Source of the DNA: Octopus vulgaris
Lineage: Eukaryota
DNA length: 64,000 bases
Reading direction: 5' to 3'
NCBI GenBank assembly: GCA_951406725.2
Contig: OX597831.1
Location: 19,778,001-19,842,000 of the forward strand
The position numbers and the translations under genes were made by a program. The notes beneath the pieces are model-generated. The model was not told the DNA's origin, did no database searches, and saw only the letters and a program-made list of their open reading frames with translations. This document shows positions 12,948 to 28,307 of the stretch, piece after piece; within the stretch, counting starts at the first letter, position 1; every line of letters begins with the position of its first letter.

Positions 12948-13327
12948 ACATTTTATCTTTATATATTCCAATAACAATGACAGCAGGTATGTGTAAACAC
13001 AAATAGATTGTCTAGCCTGTACGTGGTTACTAGTTCTGCTAGAAACAGCAACGAAATAGCAACGAAACGGCCAGATGACGAAATCCCGTTTCTCGCATAA
13101 CCCTCTCGGCAGCAAACGAGCCGGGGTGCTTTCCTTGGAAAACACTTTTACGTACTTTTACGACATCGGCCAACTGGAAATGTGGTCCCCTATATCGATT
13201 TTTGCCTGAGATATTGCGAACTGTATGTATGTATTCTGCATATTCATATACGCTTACGTTAACATTTGGCTAAATACAACGTATAACTAAACATGTTTAG
13301 CGGAACACACGCTGACATAATCACACA

Positions 13328-13665
13328 GCAGGAGTGGCTGTGTGGTACGTAACTTGCTTACCAACCACATGGTTCCGGGTTCAGTTCCGCTGCGTGGCAC
13401 CTTAGGCAAGTGTCTTCTAATATCGCCTCGGGCCGACCAAAGCCTTGTAAGTGGATTTGGTAGACAGAAACTGAAAGAGGTCCGTCGTATAAGTGTGTAT
13501 TTGTGCATGTGTGTGTTTGTGTATCTGTGTTAGTACCGACAACATCGCTTGACAACCGATGCAGGTGTATTTACGTCCCCGTAACTTAGCGGTTCGGCAA
13601 AAGCGACCGATTGGATACGTACTAGGCGTACAAAGAATAAGTCCTGGGATCGATTTGTTCGGCTA
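13328..13665 (+). mobile_element. Dominant SINE, 3'-truncated
   Basis: GCAGGAGTGGCTGTGTGGT head and conserved body. Confidence 0.85.
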
Positions 13666-14007
13666 ATGGCTGATAGAGTATATATATTGGTTGGGGGGGG
13701 GGCGGGTATGTATGTATACTCCGTATATAACAGGTACTTAGTGTTCAAGGTTAATTGGATTATTAGAATATTGCAGAGATTTGGGGTTTGGAACAAAATT
13801 CTGGGTTATCAGTCTATATATAAAAAGTAAGATTTCAATTCATTAAATGCTTCATATATTTATATATGTAAAAGAAATATTTCGATATAGGTATATGTGT
13901 GGGTGCATATGCATACACACATATACCGATATATTCGCATATATACGGATACATAGATATTCATATACAAGAAACAACATATATATATTTGTATGTATGC
14001 ATGTGCA

Positions 14008-14110
<103 letters not shown>

Positions 14111-14288
14111 TTCTATACATACATTCATACACACAGACACACACACACTCATACACAAGGCTTTGGTTGGCCCGAGGCTATAATAGGTGACATGCAGTTG
14201 GACAAAATCCGGAACCACGTGGTTAGGAAGCATTCTTACCATGCAGTCATATATATATATAGTCGAAAGACACCTGTTGTTGTTGTTG

Positions 14289-14359
<71 letters not shown>

Positions 14360-14665
14360 TTATTTTGTATTTATATTTGTGAAACATCGTCTGTTTTTCG
14401 TCCTTGGTTTCGTATAAATCCGATGCTTTCTTCCAAGGAATCTAATGCTCTTAGCTTAGTTTTTCCTTGAGGCAGGCCAGATTGGAGCAATCTCAAGATT
14501 AATCAGCCGAAATTGCGAGGATGATCCGCTTCTTGACTGAGGATAGAAAGCTTTGAATGACCCGTCCTTGTTTTATTTTTCTTTGTATCGTCTATCTGGA
14601 CGTTTTGTTGTCCTTTTATATCACCTAGTTGTCCGGATGTTTTGCGTTCTTGTCCCATTTTGTAT
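14360..14665 (+). repeat. Dispersed repeat, same family as 47010-47890
   Basis: ccagattggagcaatct...cagccgaaattgc...gactgaggatagaaa...ttttgcgttcttgtcccattt shared with 47700-47890. Confidence 0.7.
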
Positions 14666-15315
14666 TATATATATATATATTGATACATACATACATACAT
14701 ATATATAAACTGAAAGAAGCCCGTTGTATGTATAAAAACATGTGTTTGTGTGTGTGTGTGTGTGTTCGCGCGCGTTTGTATGTGTATATCGTTTTTGTCA
14801 CTGTTTGGCCCACGACAATCACATAACAACCGCTGTTGGTGTGTTTCCGTCCCCGTAACTTAGACGCTCGATAAATGATGCCGATATAATAAGTAGTATG
14901 CTTAACAAAAAAAACAACAACAAATAAAACAGATATTGGGGTCGATACATTCGGCTAAATATTCATTAAGGCGGTGCTCCAGCTTGGCCGCAGTCTAATT
15001 TCTGAAACAAGAAAAAGATAAAAGACACAGATGTATATATGTATGTATGTATGTATGGATGGATGGATGGATGGATGGATGGATGGATGGATGGATGGAT
15101 GGATGGATGGATGTTTGTATGTATGTATGAATGTTATACAGTGTGCGTTAACAATAGAATAATTCTTACCTTATTTTGAAAAATATATTCCAACAACATT
15201 AAAGAAATAAATTTGAAGTCGATGCGATTTTTTCTTACAACAAAACTTTAATATCAGAGAGTTTATAAATGATGTATATGTCACTGTGTGTTTATGTGGC
15301 TGTGAGTGAGTGCAT

Positions 15316-15349
<34 letters not shown>

Positions 15350-15550
15350 GTGTGATTTTGTGCCAAAACTTTGATCTTCAGCTTCCCGTTCATTTCTTAT
15401 CGATTATGGCTTATATAATCAGTGCTGTAGATGTTGTCTGAATGTCAGAAAGATCTGTGTGTACGTGTGTGTGATTTGCATACCTTTTCATATCTCACAA
15501 GTTTCAGCGAAGTATCTGTCCATTAACTTATTGATATTTTGTTAATTAAT

Positions 15551-15691
<141 letters not shown>

Positions 15692-16199
15692 GTATATGTA
15701 TATACACATAAATACACACACGAGTAAACACATCGATGCAAAACAAATGTGGTGGAGATTGTACCCGAATACCGACGGTACAATAAGGTGCTTTTTTATT
15801 AAAGCTGCAAATGTGACGTTTTTGCTGCTTTAATAAAGACTGTGTGTGCGTGTGTGTGTGCCGGTGTGTGTGTGTGCGGGTGTGTGTGTGTGCGTGTGTG
15901 TGCGCTCAAGCAAAGCTAAGTGGTGATGTACATATATCTGTGTATGTGTGTGGGTATGAATGCATCTATCTATCTATCTCTACATGCAGCCATCCATCCC
16001 TCCCTACATACATATATATATATATATATATACGTACATACATACATGTATCGATAGATAGATAGGTAAACTGATATATACATATATCTATCTATATATA
16101 TATATATATATATATAGGAATGTATGTATATACGTAACGATTTATATATATATGTGTGCGTGTGTGTATGTTTGTGTGCATAAACATACACACACATAA

Positions 16200-16292
<93 letters not shown>

Positions 16293-16293
16293 C

Positions 16294-16372
<79 letters not shown>

Positions 16373-16584
16373 CAGATAGATAGATAGAGTGACTGTAACG
16401 TTTATGTCTACAGATATGGATGTGTGTATGTGTATTGTGAGTACGTACATACATATACAGTTTATATATTTTAACAGACAGACACACACACACACACACA
16501 CACACACACAAGTCAATCACACACGCAAACACACATATGAACATATGAACTACTGACAATTTGGGTTTGTGTATATATATACAC

Positions 16585-16651
<67 letters not shown>

Positions 16652-16971
16652 TACATAAATACATATATTATATACGTATACGCACATACATATATTATAT
16701 ATATACATATATACATGCATGCATATATTATATATATATATACATATATATACATACATATATATACACATATATTTGTTTATATGTATATCATATATAT
16801 ACAAATATACACATATACATATATTTATATATATATGTATATAGATATCTGTATATATAAATAAGTATATATATATATATATATATGAATATAAAAATAT
16901 GCATAGATGAGGTGACCACCTGCTTTTACGACCATGTGTAATTCTATGAACATGTGTGTGTTTGTGCTCGC

Positions 16972-17044
<73 letters not shown>

Positions 17045-17199
17045 TATATGTGTCTATGTGTGTATATATGTGTGTGAGTGTGTGTCTGCGGAAAAAGTTT
17101 GTATGCAACTCTTCCATTGTCTATAACTGGTGAGTTAAGTTTTGAAATACTGGCAGGGATACGTAGAACATGCAAACTATACACACTCACACATCATAT

Positions 17200-17558
17200 A
17201 CATCCGTGGCACTCCGTCGGTTTCAACGACGAGGGTTCCAGTTGATCCGATCAACGAAACAGCCTGCTCTTGGAATCAACGTGCAAGTGGCTTAGCACCC
17301 CACGCACACGTGTACCCTTAACGTAGTTCTCGGGGAGATTCAACGTGACACAGAGTGCGACAAGGCTGGCCCTTTGAAATACAGGTACAACAGAAAAAGA
17401 CGGAGACAAAGTTGTGGTTAAAGAATACAGTAGGTTCTCCCCTCTGCCGCAGCCTCGCGGACTTTTAGGTATTTTCACTCAATAAACACTCTGGCAATCG
17501 AAACTGCGATCCTACAACCGCGAGGTTGCTATCCTAACCTCTGGCCCATTGCGCCTCC
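17200..17558 (-). mobile_element. tRNA-derived SINE (head as at 627, different 3' body)
   Basis: Minus strand GGCGCAATGGGCCAGAGGTTAGG...GTTTCGATTGCC head. Confidence 0.75.
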
Positions 17559-17599
17559 GCATCACACACACACATATACATACATATATATATATATAT

Positions 17600-18270
<671 letters not shown>

Positions 18271-19265
18271 GGTACACACGCACACACACATACGCACACA
18301 CACGTAGATAGATAGATAGATCGATAGATACATACATACATACATACATACATACATACATACATACATACATACGCATACATACATTGACGTATAAGCA
18401 TTCACACAAACAGCCCCCCACACACACACACACACACATATGCACACAGACTCACACTTAGACACACGTGTATTTACAATGGCACGTGTATAGAGTGTGT
18501 CTGTCTGCCTGCCTGTGTGTGTTTACGAGTGTGTGTCTGTGTGTCTGTCTTTATGTGTTTGTGTGTGTGTGTTGATATGTTTCGTGTCTGTGTGTATGTG
18601 CTGATGTGCTTGTTGTGTATGTTTGTGTGTATGTGTGTGTGTTGATATGTTTGTATGTGTGTGTGTGTTTGTGTATATGTGTGTAATATGTGTTTGTGTC
18701 TCTGTGTGTTTGATGTGTTTGTGTCTGTGTGTTTGTGTCTGTGTGTGCATGTGTATGTGTGTCTACATGTGTGTCTTGATGTATTTGTGACAGTGTGTGC
18801 GTTTGTGTGTATGAGTGTGTTTCATGTGTGTGTTTCATGTGTGTGTTTCATGTGTGTGTGTTTGTGTGTGTGTACTGATGTGTTTCTTGAATGTGTGTGC
18901 GCATGCGTGTGTCGATGCGTTTGTGTCTGTGTGTGCATGTGTCTGTGTGTTGATGTGTTTGTGTATGCTTCTGTGTGCATGTGTGTGTGTGTTGATGCAT
19001 TTGTGTGTGTGCATGTGCTTGTCTCAAGACACAAGCTTCCTCTACCCAGGAACACAACTGATATAAATATAGAACTGCATTTCAATAGATCGATGACCGT
19101 TCATTGTCGAAAGGAATTCACTGAAAGAACCGTCAAAATCAGTCTATATTACTTGACACATGTTTCTCTGAGAATGCGCGCTTGCAAACTTATATACATT
19201 ACTTAGCCCCCCACCACCACCACATACACACACATACATACATACATACATATACATATATATAT

Positions 19266-19296
<31 letters not shown>

Positions 19297-19367
19297 AATA
19301 TATATATATACATATATATACATATATATAATATACATATATATGTATATATACATATATATGTGTA

Positions 19368-19422
<55 letters not shown>

Positions 19423-19441
19423 ATATACATATATATGTGTA

Positions 19442-19482
<41 letters not shown>

Positions 19483-19511
19483 ATATATGTATATATACAT
19501 ATATATGTGTA

Positions 19512-19567
<56 letters not shown>

Positions 19568-19598
19568 TTCAAATTACTAAGTCTTTCTAAATTTTTAA

Positions 19599-19652
<54 letters not shown>

Positions 19653-20238
19653 ATATGTAAGGGTGTTCAAAAGTCTCTCCGCAGTGAATTTTTCCTTCCT
19701 AACTCTCTAAGGGTCAGACTCTCCACAATATATTTCAAAACATGTCTAGAAAAGTCAACTTTTGTATTGAAAAATGAAGGACACTTTCAACACCTCTTAT
19801 ATAGTTTTTTAAAGTCTTGTAAAGACTAATATATCCCCTTGTAGTCTTATACCATCTAAATATATATTTTGCAAAAAATAAATACGGACTGTAGAGAGAC
19901 ATATATATATATATGTATGTATGTATGTATATGTATGTATATTTGTGTATGAGCGTGTGTGTATGATGAAAATATATATATACACTCACACACGCACACA
20001 CCAGTGTTTATTCGTGTGTAAATTTTAGAAGACCTCGTTTTTTTTTCCCGAAAATATTGATTTTGTCTTTTTTAAAATTGACGATCATTATTTTGTAGAT
20101 GTTACACAAAAGATTCACAGGGAAGTGCATAAGTATTATGTGTATTTGTTTGCGTGTTCACATGTACATATGTATGTCTATATATACATAAATACATATA
20201 TACATGTATATATATATATACATATAAATATATACATG

Positions 20239-20270
<32 letters not shown>

Positions 20271-20384
20271 CATGTATATATATATATACATATATATATA
20301 TACATGTATATATATATATACATATATATATATACATGTATATATATATATACATATAATTATATATATATACATATACATATA

Positions 20385-20419
<35 letters not shown>

Positions 20420-20455
20420 GAATATATATATACATATATGTATGTATATATATAC

Positions 20456-20499
<44 letters not shown>

Positions 20500-20660
20500 A
20501 TATATATATACATGTATACAAATATATATATACATATACATATATACATATTTATATATATACATATATCTATATTTACATATACTTGTATATACATATA
20601 TGTTTATATACATATATATACATATAACAATTATATATATATATATATACATATATACAT

Positions 20661-20711
<51 letters not shown>

Positions 20712-21059
20712 CATATATAGGTGCGTGTGTGACCGTGTTTTTTACGTGTGTAGTAGTTATTTTGCATGACTTGTATGAGTTTTCAACATATTAAAAAGCA
20801 ATAAGCATGTGAATGTGTTTGTATTATTATCAATTACATCAACTTCTAATTTCCCGATGTAACAAATAAAACATAAATTATAACGAAACCAATGTGACAA
20901 TGCAGTGGGACAATGCAGTGGGACAATGCAGTGGGACACGGGTGAATGACATTGTAAGTGGAAGTTCCAAAACGATGGATAAAGTGTTTGTCAGGGGTGT
21001 TTTTTTCTGTGTTTTACATTTTTTTTTCTTTAATTTTCCTTTTTCTGTTTTCCCCTTTA

Positions 21060-22208
21060 TCAACAAGCCGTCTGGCTGTGCATATAAGTTGTGGTGGAAT
21101 TCACAGTGCTTTGAAAGTTGTACATAACAGAAGATCCGGGCGTGTTAAGGACGTCATAAGGTTTTGGTGTACACCAGCAAAATAAATATCGATTATAGTA
21201 TTTTCGAAACTGGTTGCTTAAGAAATAAAGAGCGAACGGGTTAACACAAGAATTTATGAAGGCCATACAAAAACTGACAATTTTGAACATCATCCAAAAC
21301 GGATTAAATTCTTCATCGAAATAAAAATACCAGAAGAGATAAATATGTCTGGGGAGCCAGCAGATAGCAAATAACACGACAAACGAAAGAACTGCCTTGG
21401 CAACTTTCATTCGAGTTTCGATCTGTTTTTTATAACTTGCTTTGCCGTTTGAATCTCCTGGTATTTGTTTGGCGCTTAATATTAGAATGCGAGCCATTAA
21501 CACATAGAAAATTCCTATAATAATCAATGGGATCATAAAGAAGACGAAAAATTTTAACATGATCATCATTCGTGGATACCACATTGGAAGATGGCCGTTG
21601 ACGTCAACGGTTGGATAGAGTATGCAAATTCTTGCCGAATAGAGAGTAACGTTGTGTGATCCTTCAATGACTGTAGATGAACTTAAATCGGGTATTGCCA
21701 ATAGCAGGGCAACCACCCATAAGCATCCGGCGGTGGTTACTGCTCTCACAATCAATCTCGACTTGTGTTTCGCCATCGGGTCCACAATGGCTATATAGCG
21801 GTCAGCGCTAAGAGCCGTCAAGGTAAACACGGATACTCCTAATGAAACGGTTTGCAGATACTCGTTGATCTTACACATCACTTCGCCAAACGGCCATTCA
21901 GGTAGAATGAAAACCAAAGAATTGAATGGAACAGAAATAAGGATAAGAAGCAGATCCCCACACGAAAGGCTGACGATGTAAATATTTGGGACTACTCTCA
22001 TCTTACGGTTCCGAAGCACTGTGTAGATAAGAGTACCATTTCCAACAATACCAATAACAAAAACAAAACCAAATAAAATTGGCACCACAATTTGTTTGGG
22101 AGTGATTTCTCTATGAGACGGGTCAAAATCATCATAAAAATCGCCTTCTCCTGAATCATAAGTGAAATTCGAACTCAGATTCAAAGATGTCTTGTTGATC
22201 AACCCCAT
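21060..22208 (-). CDS. Class A neuropeptide GPCR, bombesin/GRP-, CCHamide-, excitatory-peptide-receptor-like (382 aa, single coding exon)
   Basis: Seven hydrophobic helices; GN in TM1, LSCGD in TM2, WPFG..C in ECL1, LSADRY, CWLP, NSCVNPFALY; N-terminal N-glycosylation sequons. Confidence 0.93.
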   Translation of the reverse strand: MGLINKTSLNLSSNFTYDSGEGDFYDDFDPSHREITPKQIVVPILFGFVFVIGIVGNGTLIYTVLRNRKMRVVPNIYIVSLSCGDLLLILISVPFNSLVFILPEWPFGEVMCKINEYLQTVSLGVSVFTLTALSADRYIAIVDPMAKHKSRLIVRAVTTAGCLWVVALLLAIPDLSSSTVIEGSHNVTLYSARICILYPTVDVNGHLPMWYPRMMIMLKFFVFFMIPLIIIGIFYVLMARILILSAKQIPGDSNGKASYKKQIETRMKVAKAVLSFVVLFAICWLPRHIYLFWYFYFDEEFNPFWMMFKIVSFCMAFINSCVNPFALYFLSNQFRKYYNRYLFCWCTPKPYDVLNTPGSSVMYNFQSTVNSTTTYMHSQTAC

Positions 22209-22477
22209 TGTTATTTTTTGCTGTTTTTGTTGTTTGTTTTAGTTGTTTTGTTGAATTTTTCTCTCTCTCTCTCTCTCTCTGTATGCGTGTGTGTGTGTGT
22301 GTGTGTGTGATTTGGTAGGAATTCAAAGATGGATATTATACAGATAACCTTCAACTTGTCAGGAATATCAATTGGCGATTTAATCAACTCTCTTCATTTG
22401 AAATGTAAAAATAAACAAACTCTTCCGCCAGTTATCGAACAATACTCCTCTCAGATTTTGTCGGTGTTTATCTTGGC

Positions 22478-22695
22478 ACATTTAGGAATACTCCGAGTTT
22501 CAGTAAAATTCACAACACGATTAGGAACGAAAAAAATTGTCACAATTATTCCATTGAAAGTAACACTGCTGTTGTTGTTGTTGTCGTTGCTGTGTTGACA
22601 CATTTAAGAATGCTCCGAGTTTCATTAGAATTAGAAACGTGACTATGAAAAAAACATTGTCACGGTTATTTTAATGAAAGTACCACTGCTGCTGC
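22478..22695. repeat. Diverged 121-bp tandem duplication upstream of the GPCR start
   Basis: acatttaggaatactccgagtttca...gaaagtaacactgctg at 22478 and a variant at 22599. Confidence 0.75.
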
Positions 22696-23733
22696 TGCTG
22701 CTGCTGTTGGTGGTGGTGGTGGTGGTGGTGGTGGTAGTGGTGGTGGTGGTGGTAGTGTAGTTGTTGTTTCTATTGTTGGTATTGTTGTTGTTGTTGTTGT
22801 TGTCGCCGATGGCAGTTGTCATCTGTTTATCTGGACACGGTTAAAAACACGCCCAACTTCATCGCGTCTAACAACGCATCTGCTGCCAACTTACGTCGAG
22901 AAATCTTCCAAATGATTCGATGCTCCACCGATTTCAAAGTTTTACTCACTTCTTCATCAAAATATTTCAGCTCCCCTTTTTTCTTTTTTCTTTTTTCTTC
23001 TTTACTCAGACTCCTTTTTTCCTTAAACACTTTTATTCTAAAAAGAACGAAATTTTTGAGATTTCCGGTTTATTTCACTTTTATTTATTTTTTTTTAATT
23101 TAATTGGCTTCCGTTTCTTAAGTAGCTGTTGTTGTTGTTGTTGTTGTTGTTGTTGCTGCTGCTGATGTCACAGCTGCCACCACTGTTGCTGCTGCTGCTG
23201 CTACTGCTACTACAATCGTTACCTTTGATGCTGCTGTTGTTACAACGCTGCTCCTTCTAACAGCTGCTATTGATGTTGTTCTTGTTGTTGGCTGTTATTT
23301 ACTTTTGCTTATAACTGCTGCTGCTGCTGTTGCTCCTGCTGCTGCTGCTGCTGCTGCTACTGCTGATGCTGATGCTGTTGTTGTTGCTGTTATTGTTGTT
23401 GTTGTTGTTGTTCTTTACCGCTGCAATATTCCTGGCCGGACAAACAGACGGACAAAAGTCTTCTGCTGTTGATCATCGGAGATGTTTTAATTAGTTTTAC
23501 TTCCTTTTTTTTTAACTCAATTTTTTTTCTTTTGCTCGGATATCGTGTATCTAGGACTACATCATTCGATGTCTTCTTTCTTTTCTTCTATTTAAGAAAG
23601 TTGGGAATATACCAAAAGTATATAGCAAGTCCCTCTCTCTCTCTCTCTCATATATTTATAGATCTATACATACTTTAACTACATCTTTATGCAAATACAT
23701 ACATGTATACATACATATATATATATATATTTA

Positions 23734-23775
<42 letters not shown>

Positions 23776-23967
23776 CACATATATAAATATAGAACAAGTA
23801 GAAAGATAAATTTTATTCGACGTTTTTAAATGCTGAACAGTATATATAAAGGATAAAATCCTTTTCGGAGCAGAAATATTTGCCGGGAACCAACGTAATA
23901 TATACAAATATATATGTGTGTGTGTGTGTGTAAATTATTAGATATTTAAATTTGATTCCCCTTCTGT

Positions 23968-23998
<31 letters not shown>

Positions 23999-24246
23999 CA
24001 AATATGTTCTGTATATATGTAGCTGTTTGTAAATTATATAATATACATAATTTGATTGTCAAGACAAGCTTTTCTTTTGCTTTATCTGTTTTGTTTTGTT
24101 GTTTGTTTTTCTTTTTGCAATTTCTTTTATTCCATTCAATTTGCTGTCTGTGGAGATTTTACAAGATAGATCCACGTGAAAATTGATTTCATTTTTCCTT
24201 CAGGTTTAGCAATCGGAAGCTTGGATAACTTTCAAAATTATATATG

Positions 24247-24311
<65 letters not shown>

Positions 24312-25420
24312 AACACACACGCACACTTACAAAGCCCGTGTTGGTTGTATTCAAAGTATGCTCGTATCGTACCGTTAAAAGTGTATGGTAAAAAAAATCT
24401 CCGTTTTTTTCTTCGGACAATGGCCAGTCCAGTAACGTTTGAATATCAGTCTGTACGAGTTGTAGATGCGTGTATTTATAAATAAATGTGATCATGTATA
24501 TACATATATATATATATATATATTTCTGTATGTATGTATATTTGTGTGTGTGTGATCTTTCTGTCCTTTTTTTCTTTCTTCCTCACTCTGCCAATTAGTT
24601 GTTAAATAATAAGTAAAAGAAAGATTCTGATGAGGGAGATGACAATGGCGCGGAGGCGATGAGGATGAAGATGATGATGATGATGGTATCGTTTTTCTTC
24701 TTTTTGTTTTTGTTTTTCTTTTCTTTTATTGTGTGAAGATGAAGAACTGATATAACTTCGATTCACTGTCGGAGCGAAGAAGCGAGTGTTTACAAAATAA
24801 CCTTCAAGCAGCTTTTACACAGGAGTGATGGGAAGAGGGGAAGGTGGTGAGAGACAGACAGAGAGATAGAGAGGTAAAGAGCATGTGTGTGTGTGTGTGT
24901 GTGTGCTTGTGTATATTTGTGAATGTGAGAGCGAGCGAGCGCGTATGTGTGACCAGGGTGTTGGAGGCAGAGAGAGCGTGTGTTTGTGTGCTTATGTGTG
25001 AATGGGAGAGAGAGAGAGAGACAATGAGAGAGAGAGAGAGAGCGAAAGAGAATGTGTGCGCGTGCGAAAAGTATTATGCGCGCGTGTGCGTGACAGGGAG
25101 AGAGAGAGAGAGAGAGAGGAAATGAGAATGCGTGTGTGTTTCTATGTGTGTGTGCGTGTGTGTGCGCGCGTAGAGCATTATGTAGGTGTGTGTGCGGGAG
25201 AAAGAGAAATAGAATGTATGTGTGTGTTTCTGTTGGTGTGTACGTGTGTGTGTGTGTATGTGAATGAGATTAAAGAAAACGAATGTGTGTCTGTATGTGT
25301 GTGTGTGTGTGCCCGGAAGGTATCATGTATGTGTGTGTGTGCGTGAGAGAGAGAGAAAGAGAGTGTATGTATGTGTGTGTGTTTTATTGTAGGTGTGTAC
25401 GTGTGCGTTTACGTTTGTGC

Positions 25421-25452
<32 letters not shown>

Positions 25453-25769
25453 ATGAGTGAATGACTGAGAGGAAGAAAGTGAATGTGTGTGTGTGTGTGT
25501 GCGTGGAAGGTATTATGTGCGTGTGAGTGCAAGAGAATGTGTATGTAAGAGATATTGTGTGTGTGTATGCGTGCGTGTTTGTGTATGATTCGTTGTCTTT
25601 GTACGAGAGTGAATATACAGGTGCCTGAGTGCGTACGCATGCGCGTCCATGTGGGGATTTATATCATTGCTAGTTGTTTATATAGGTGTGTATATGTGTG
25701 GTCCCATGTGTATAAGAAGTTTGTATATTTTTGCGTATATGTGTGTGTGTGTGCGTGTGTATGTGTATA

Positions 25770-25849
<80 letters not shown>

Positions 25850-25924
25850 GTAGGTAGGTAGGTAGGTAGGTAGATAGGTAGGTAGGTAGGTAGGTAGGTA
25901 GGTAGATAGATTGATAGATAGATT

Positions 25925-25992
<68 letters not shown>

Positions 25993-26072
25993 GGTAGGTA
26001 GGTAGATAGGTAGGTAGGTAGGTAGGTAGGTAGGTAGGTAGATAGGTAGGTAGGTAGGTAGGTAGATAGATT

Positions 26073-26129
<57 letters not shown>

Positions 26130-26167
26130 GTAGGTAGGTAGGTAGGTAGGTAGGTAGGTAGATAGAT
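25770..26167. repeat. (TAGA/TAGG)n compound microsatellite
   Basis: Directly visible. Confidence 0.95.
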
Positions 26168-27713
26168 AAGTTTCTTTATTGGCCTCACAGTGCTGCACAC
26201 AGATAGGACAAGTTACAAGGTAGAGCTTTTCTTTTGGGGGATGAAAAAAAACAAAAAAACAAAAAACAAAAGAAACAAACAAAGGTGGCGTAGGTTTTCG
26301 ATCAAAAGGGATCGTAAAAGGGAAAAAAGAACAAAAAAGAAAAAAAGAAAAGAAAGAAAGAAAGAAAAGGAAAAGGAACAAAAGAAAAGAGAAATTAAAA
26401 AAAAGAAGAAAAAAGGAGGCAAAAGGGGGAAGAGGAAAAAAACGATCAATAGGGATCGTGTATCACAGTCTTATGATGTATGGTGTAAAGGGGAAAGCAA
26501 GTAAGGTTTATCCGTGGGAAGAAAAGCCTACGAAAAAGACCACGGTGACCTTGGTCAATATTGTTATATGTTACCACATTTGTTTGCAAGTGGGTAACCC
26601 TCAGTTTTCAATTTCTGGGTTCATAGGATCATGCTCAAGGTGGCTTCGTCATTCATACGTGCCATCCTTGCTACATTCACCCATCTTTTTTTAAAACATT
26701 CGCTAGACAAAACTTGCCTCTCTACTCTCACTTTCCTTTTCAAGTGGTACTTGAAGAAGTTGATGAGAGATTGACCAGAGAGGAAAGTCTTTGTCTCCAA
26801 TCCTTTCAGACGCGTCCACCAGATACATTCTTTCAACATAGCCACAAGGATGATGAAAATAGTTCTTCCTTCCCGTTTGAAGGAAGGAGGCGTGACAATA
26901 TTGACGATAGACTCAGTTGATAAACCGACTCGTCCCACACGTGACAGCAGTCGTTCGACATAAGCCCACAGGTCGGGGATTGTTGGACACTGCACGAGTG
27001 CGTGCAGAACGGTTTCGTCGCTCTGACCGCATCTCGGGCAGGTCGGCCCCGTGTTTCTCGAGCCGTGTCTGTAGAGCTTATCCCGAACGGGTAGCGCTTC
27101 TCGGTAGCACTGCCAGGCCAGGGATCTCTGGAAGTTGTCCATGGGCCCTGGCCCGAAAGTCGTCCCGAACAGGCGGGTCAGGTACTCCAGGTTCGACGTC
27201 CAGGTTCGCCCCGAGCTCGTCGTCGTACCGCCCCTCCACTAATCCCCTATAGAATGTTTTGGTTGTGATGAAGTCACTCAAGGTCGACCCAGGACGGCAG
27301 AGTTGCTTGAGAGCAACGCGACACTCGCAGTGCCATTCGCCCTTCCTCGGCCTCTTTTTGATCCACGACTGCAGTTCGGTCATGGAAACGAGCTGCGGGA
27401 AAGCGTGCCTCACAAACGGCGACCACACCTGTTCACCGTCGTCTACGAAGAGCCTGAGATGTCGCAGTCTCAGCGCGTGTCTGCGCATCATCAACCACGG
27501 CACGCCCAGGCCTCCTTTTAACGGGTGTTGACAGCAAATGGATCGCCTGACCATCGGGACGCATCCTTTCCACAAGAAGCGAAAGAGAATGCGTTCTAGT
27601 TTTGTGATGGTAGGGTCGGGACAAGGCACGACGGTCAGGCGGTAGTAGATGACGGACGCGATGTACGTGTTTGACGGACGCGATGTACGTGTTTGACGGA
27701 CGCGATGTACGTG
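26168..27713 (-). mobile_element. 5'-truncated Tx1/L1-clade LINE (ORF2 C-terminus plus 3' UTR)
   Basis: LFRFLWKG...KGGLG motif, zf-RVT-like CPRC..ETVLHALVQC, frameshift near 27190, AATAAA just before (TCTA)n. Confidence 0.85.
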
Positions 27714-27754
27714 GGTAGATAGATAGATAGATAGACGTACGTAGGTAGATAGAC

Positions 27755-27834
<80 letters not shown>

Positions 27835-27844
27835 CTAAATCTAC

Positions 27845-28065
27845 GGCGGGGAACTGGCGGAATCGTTAGCACACCGGACGAAAAGCCCAGCGGTGTTCAG
27901 TCTACCGCTAGATTCTGAGTTACAAATTTCGCCAAGTTCTATTTTGCCTTTCATCTTCTCTAGGTTGATTAAATAAGTACCAGGTACGCACTGGGTTCCA
28001 TGTAATCGACTAGACCCCTTCCTCCAAAAACATTTCCAAGGCCTTATGCCTAGAGTAGAAACAAT
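27845..28065 (+). mobile_element. SINE, GTTAGCACGCCGGGCGAAATG family (Nin/Deu-like core)
   Basis: Similar to 32088-32310 and 44390-44960. Confidence 0.7.
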
Positions 28066-28307
28066 TATTATGAATATATAATTTTGATTCTCCTTTTGTA
28101 TATATATATATAAGCTATCAAAATATATGTTCTGTAGATGTGTAGCTGTTTGTAAATATTTTGTTGATTTTTGTTTTAATTTGCTGTTTTTCTTTCACTT
28201 TTTGTTGTTTGATTATTTCTTGTCACAATCTCTTTTAATCCATTCAATTTGTTGTCTGAAGAGAATTTATAGGATAGATCCACACAAACACTCACACACA
28301 CATACAC

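Noticed and set aside
14537-14555. CTGAGGA-TA-GAAA as a hammerhead (also ~47140-47156)
   Set aside because: Only 2 nt for stem II and no consistent stem I or III
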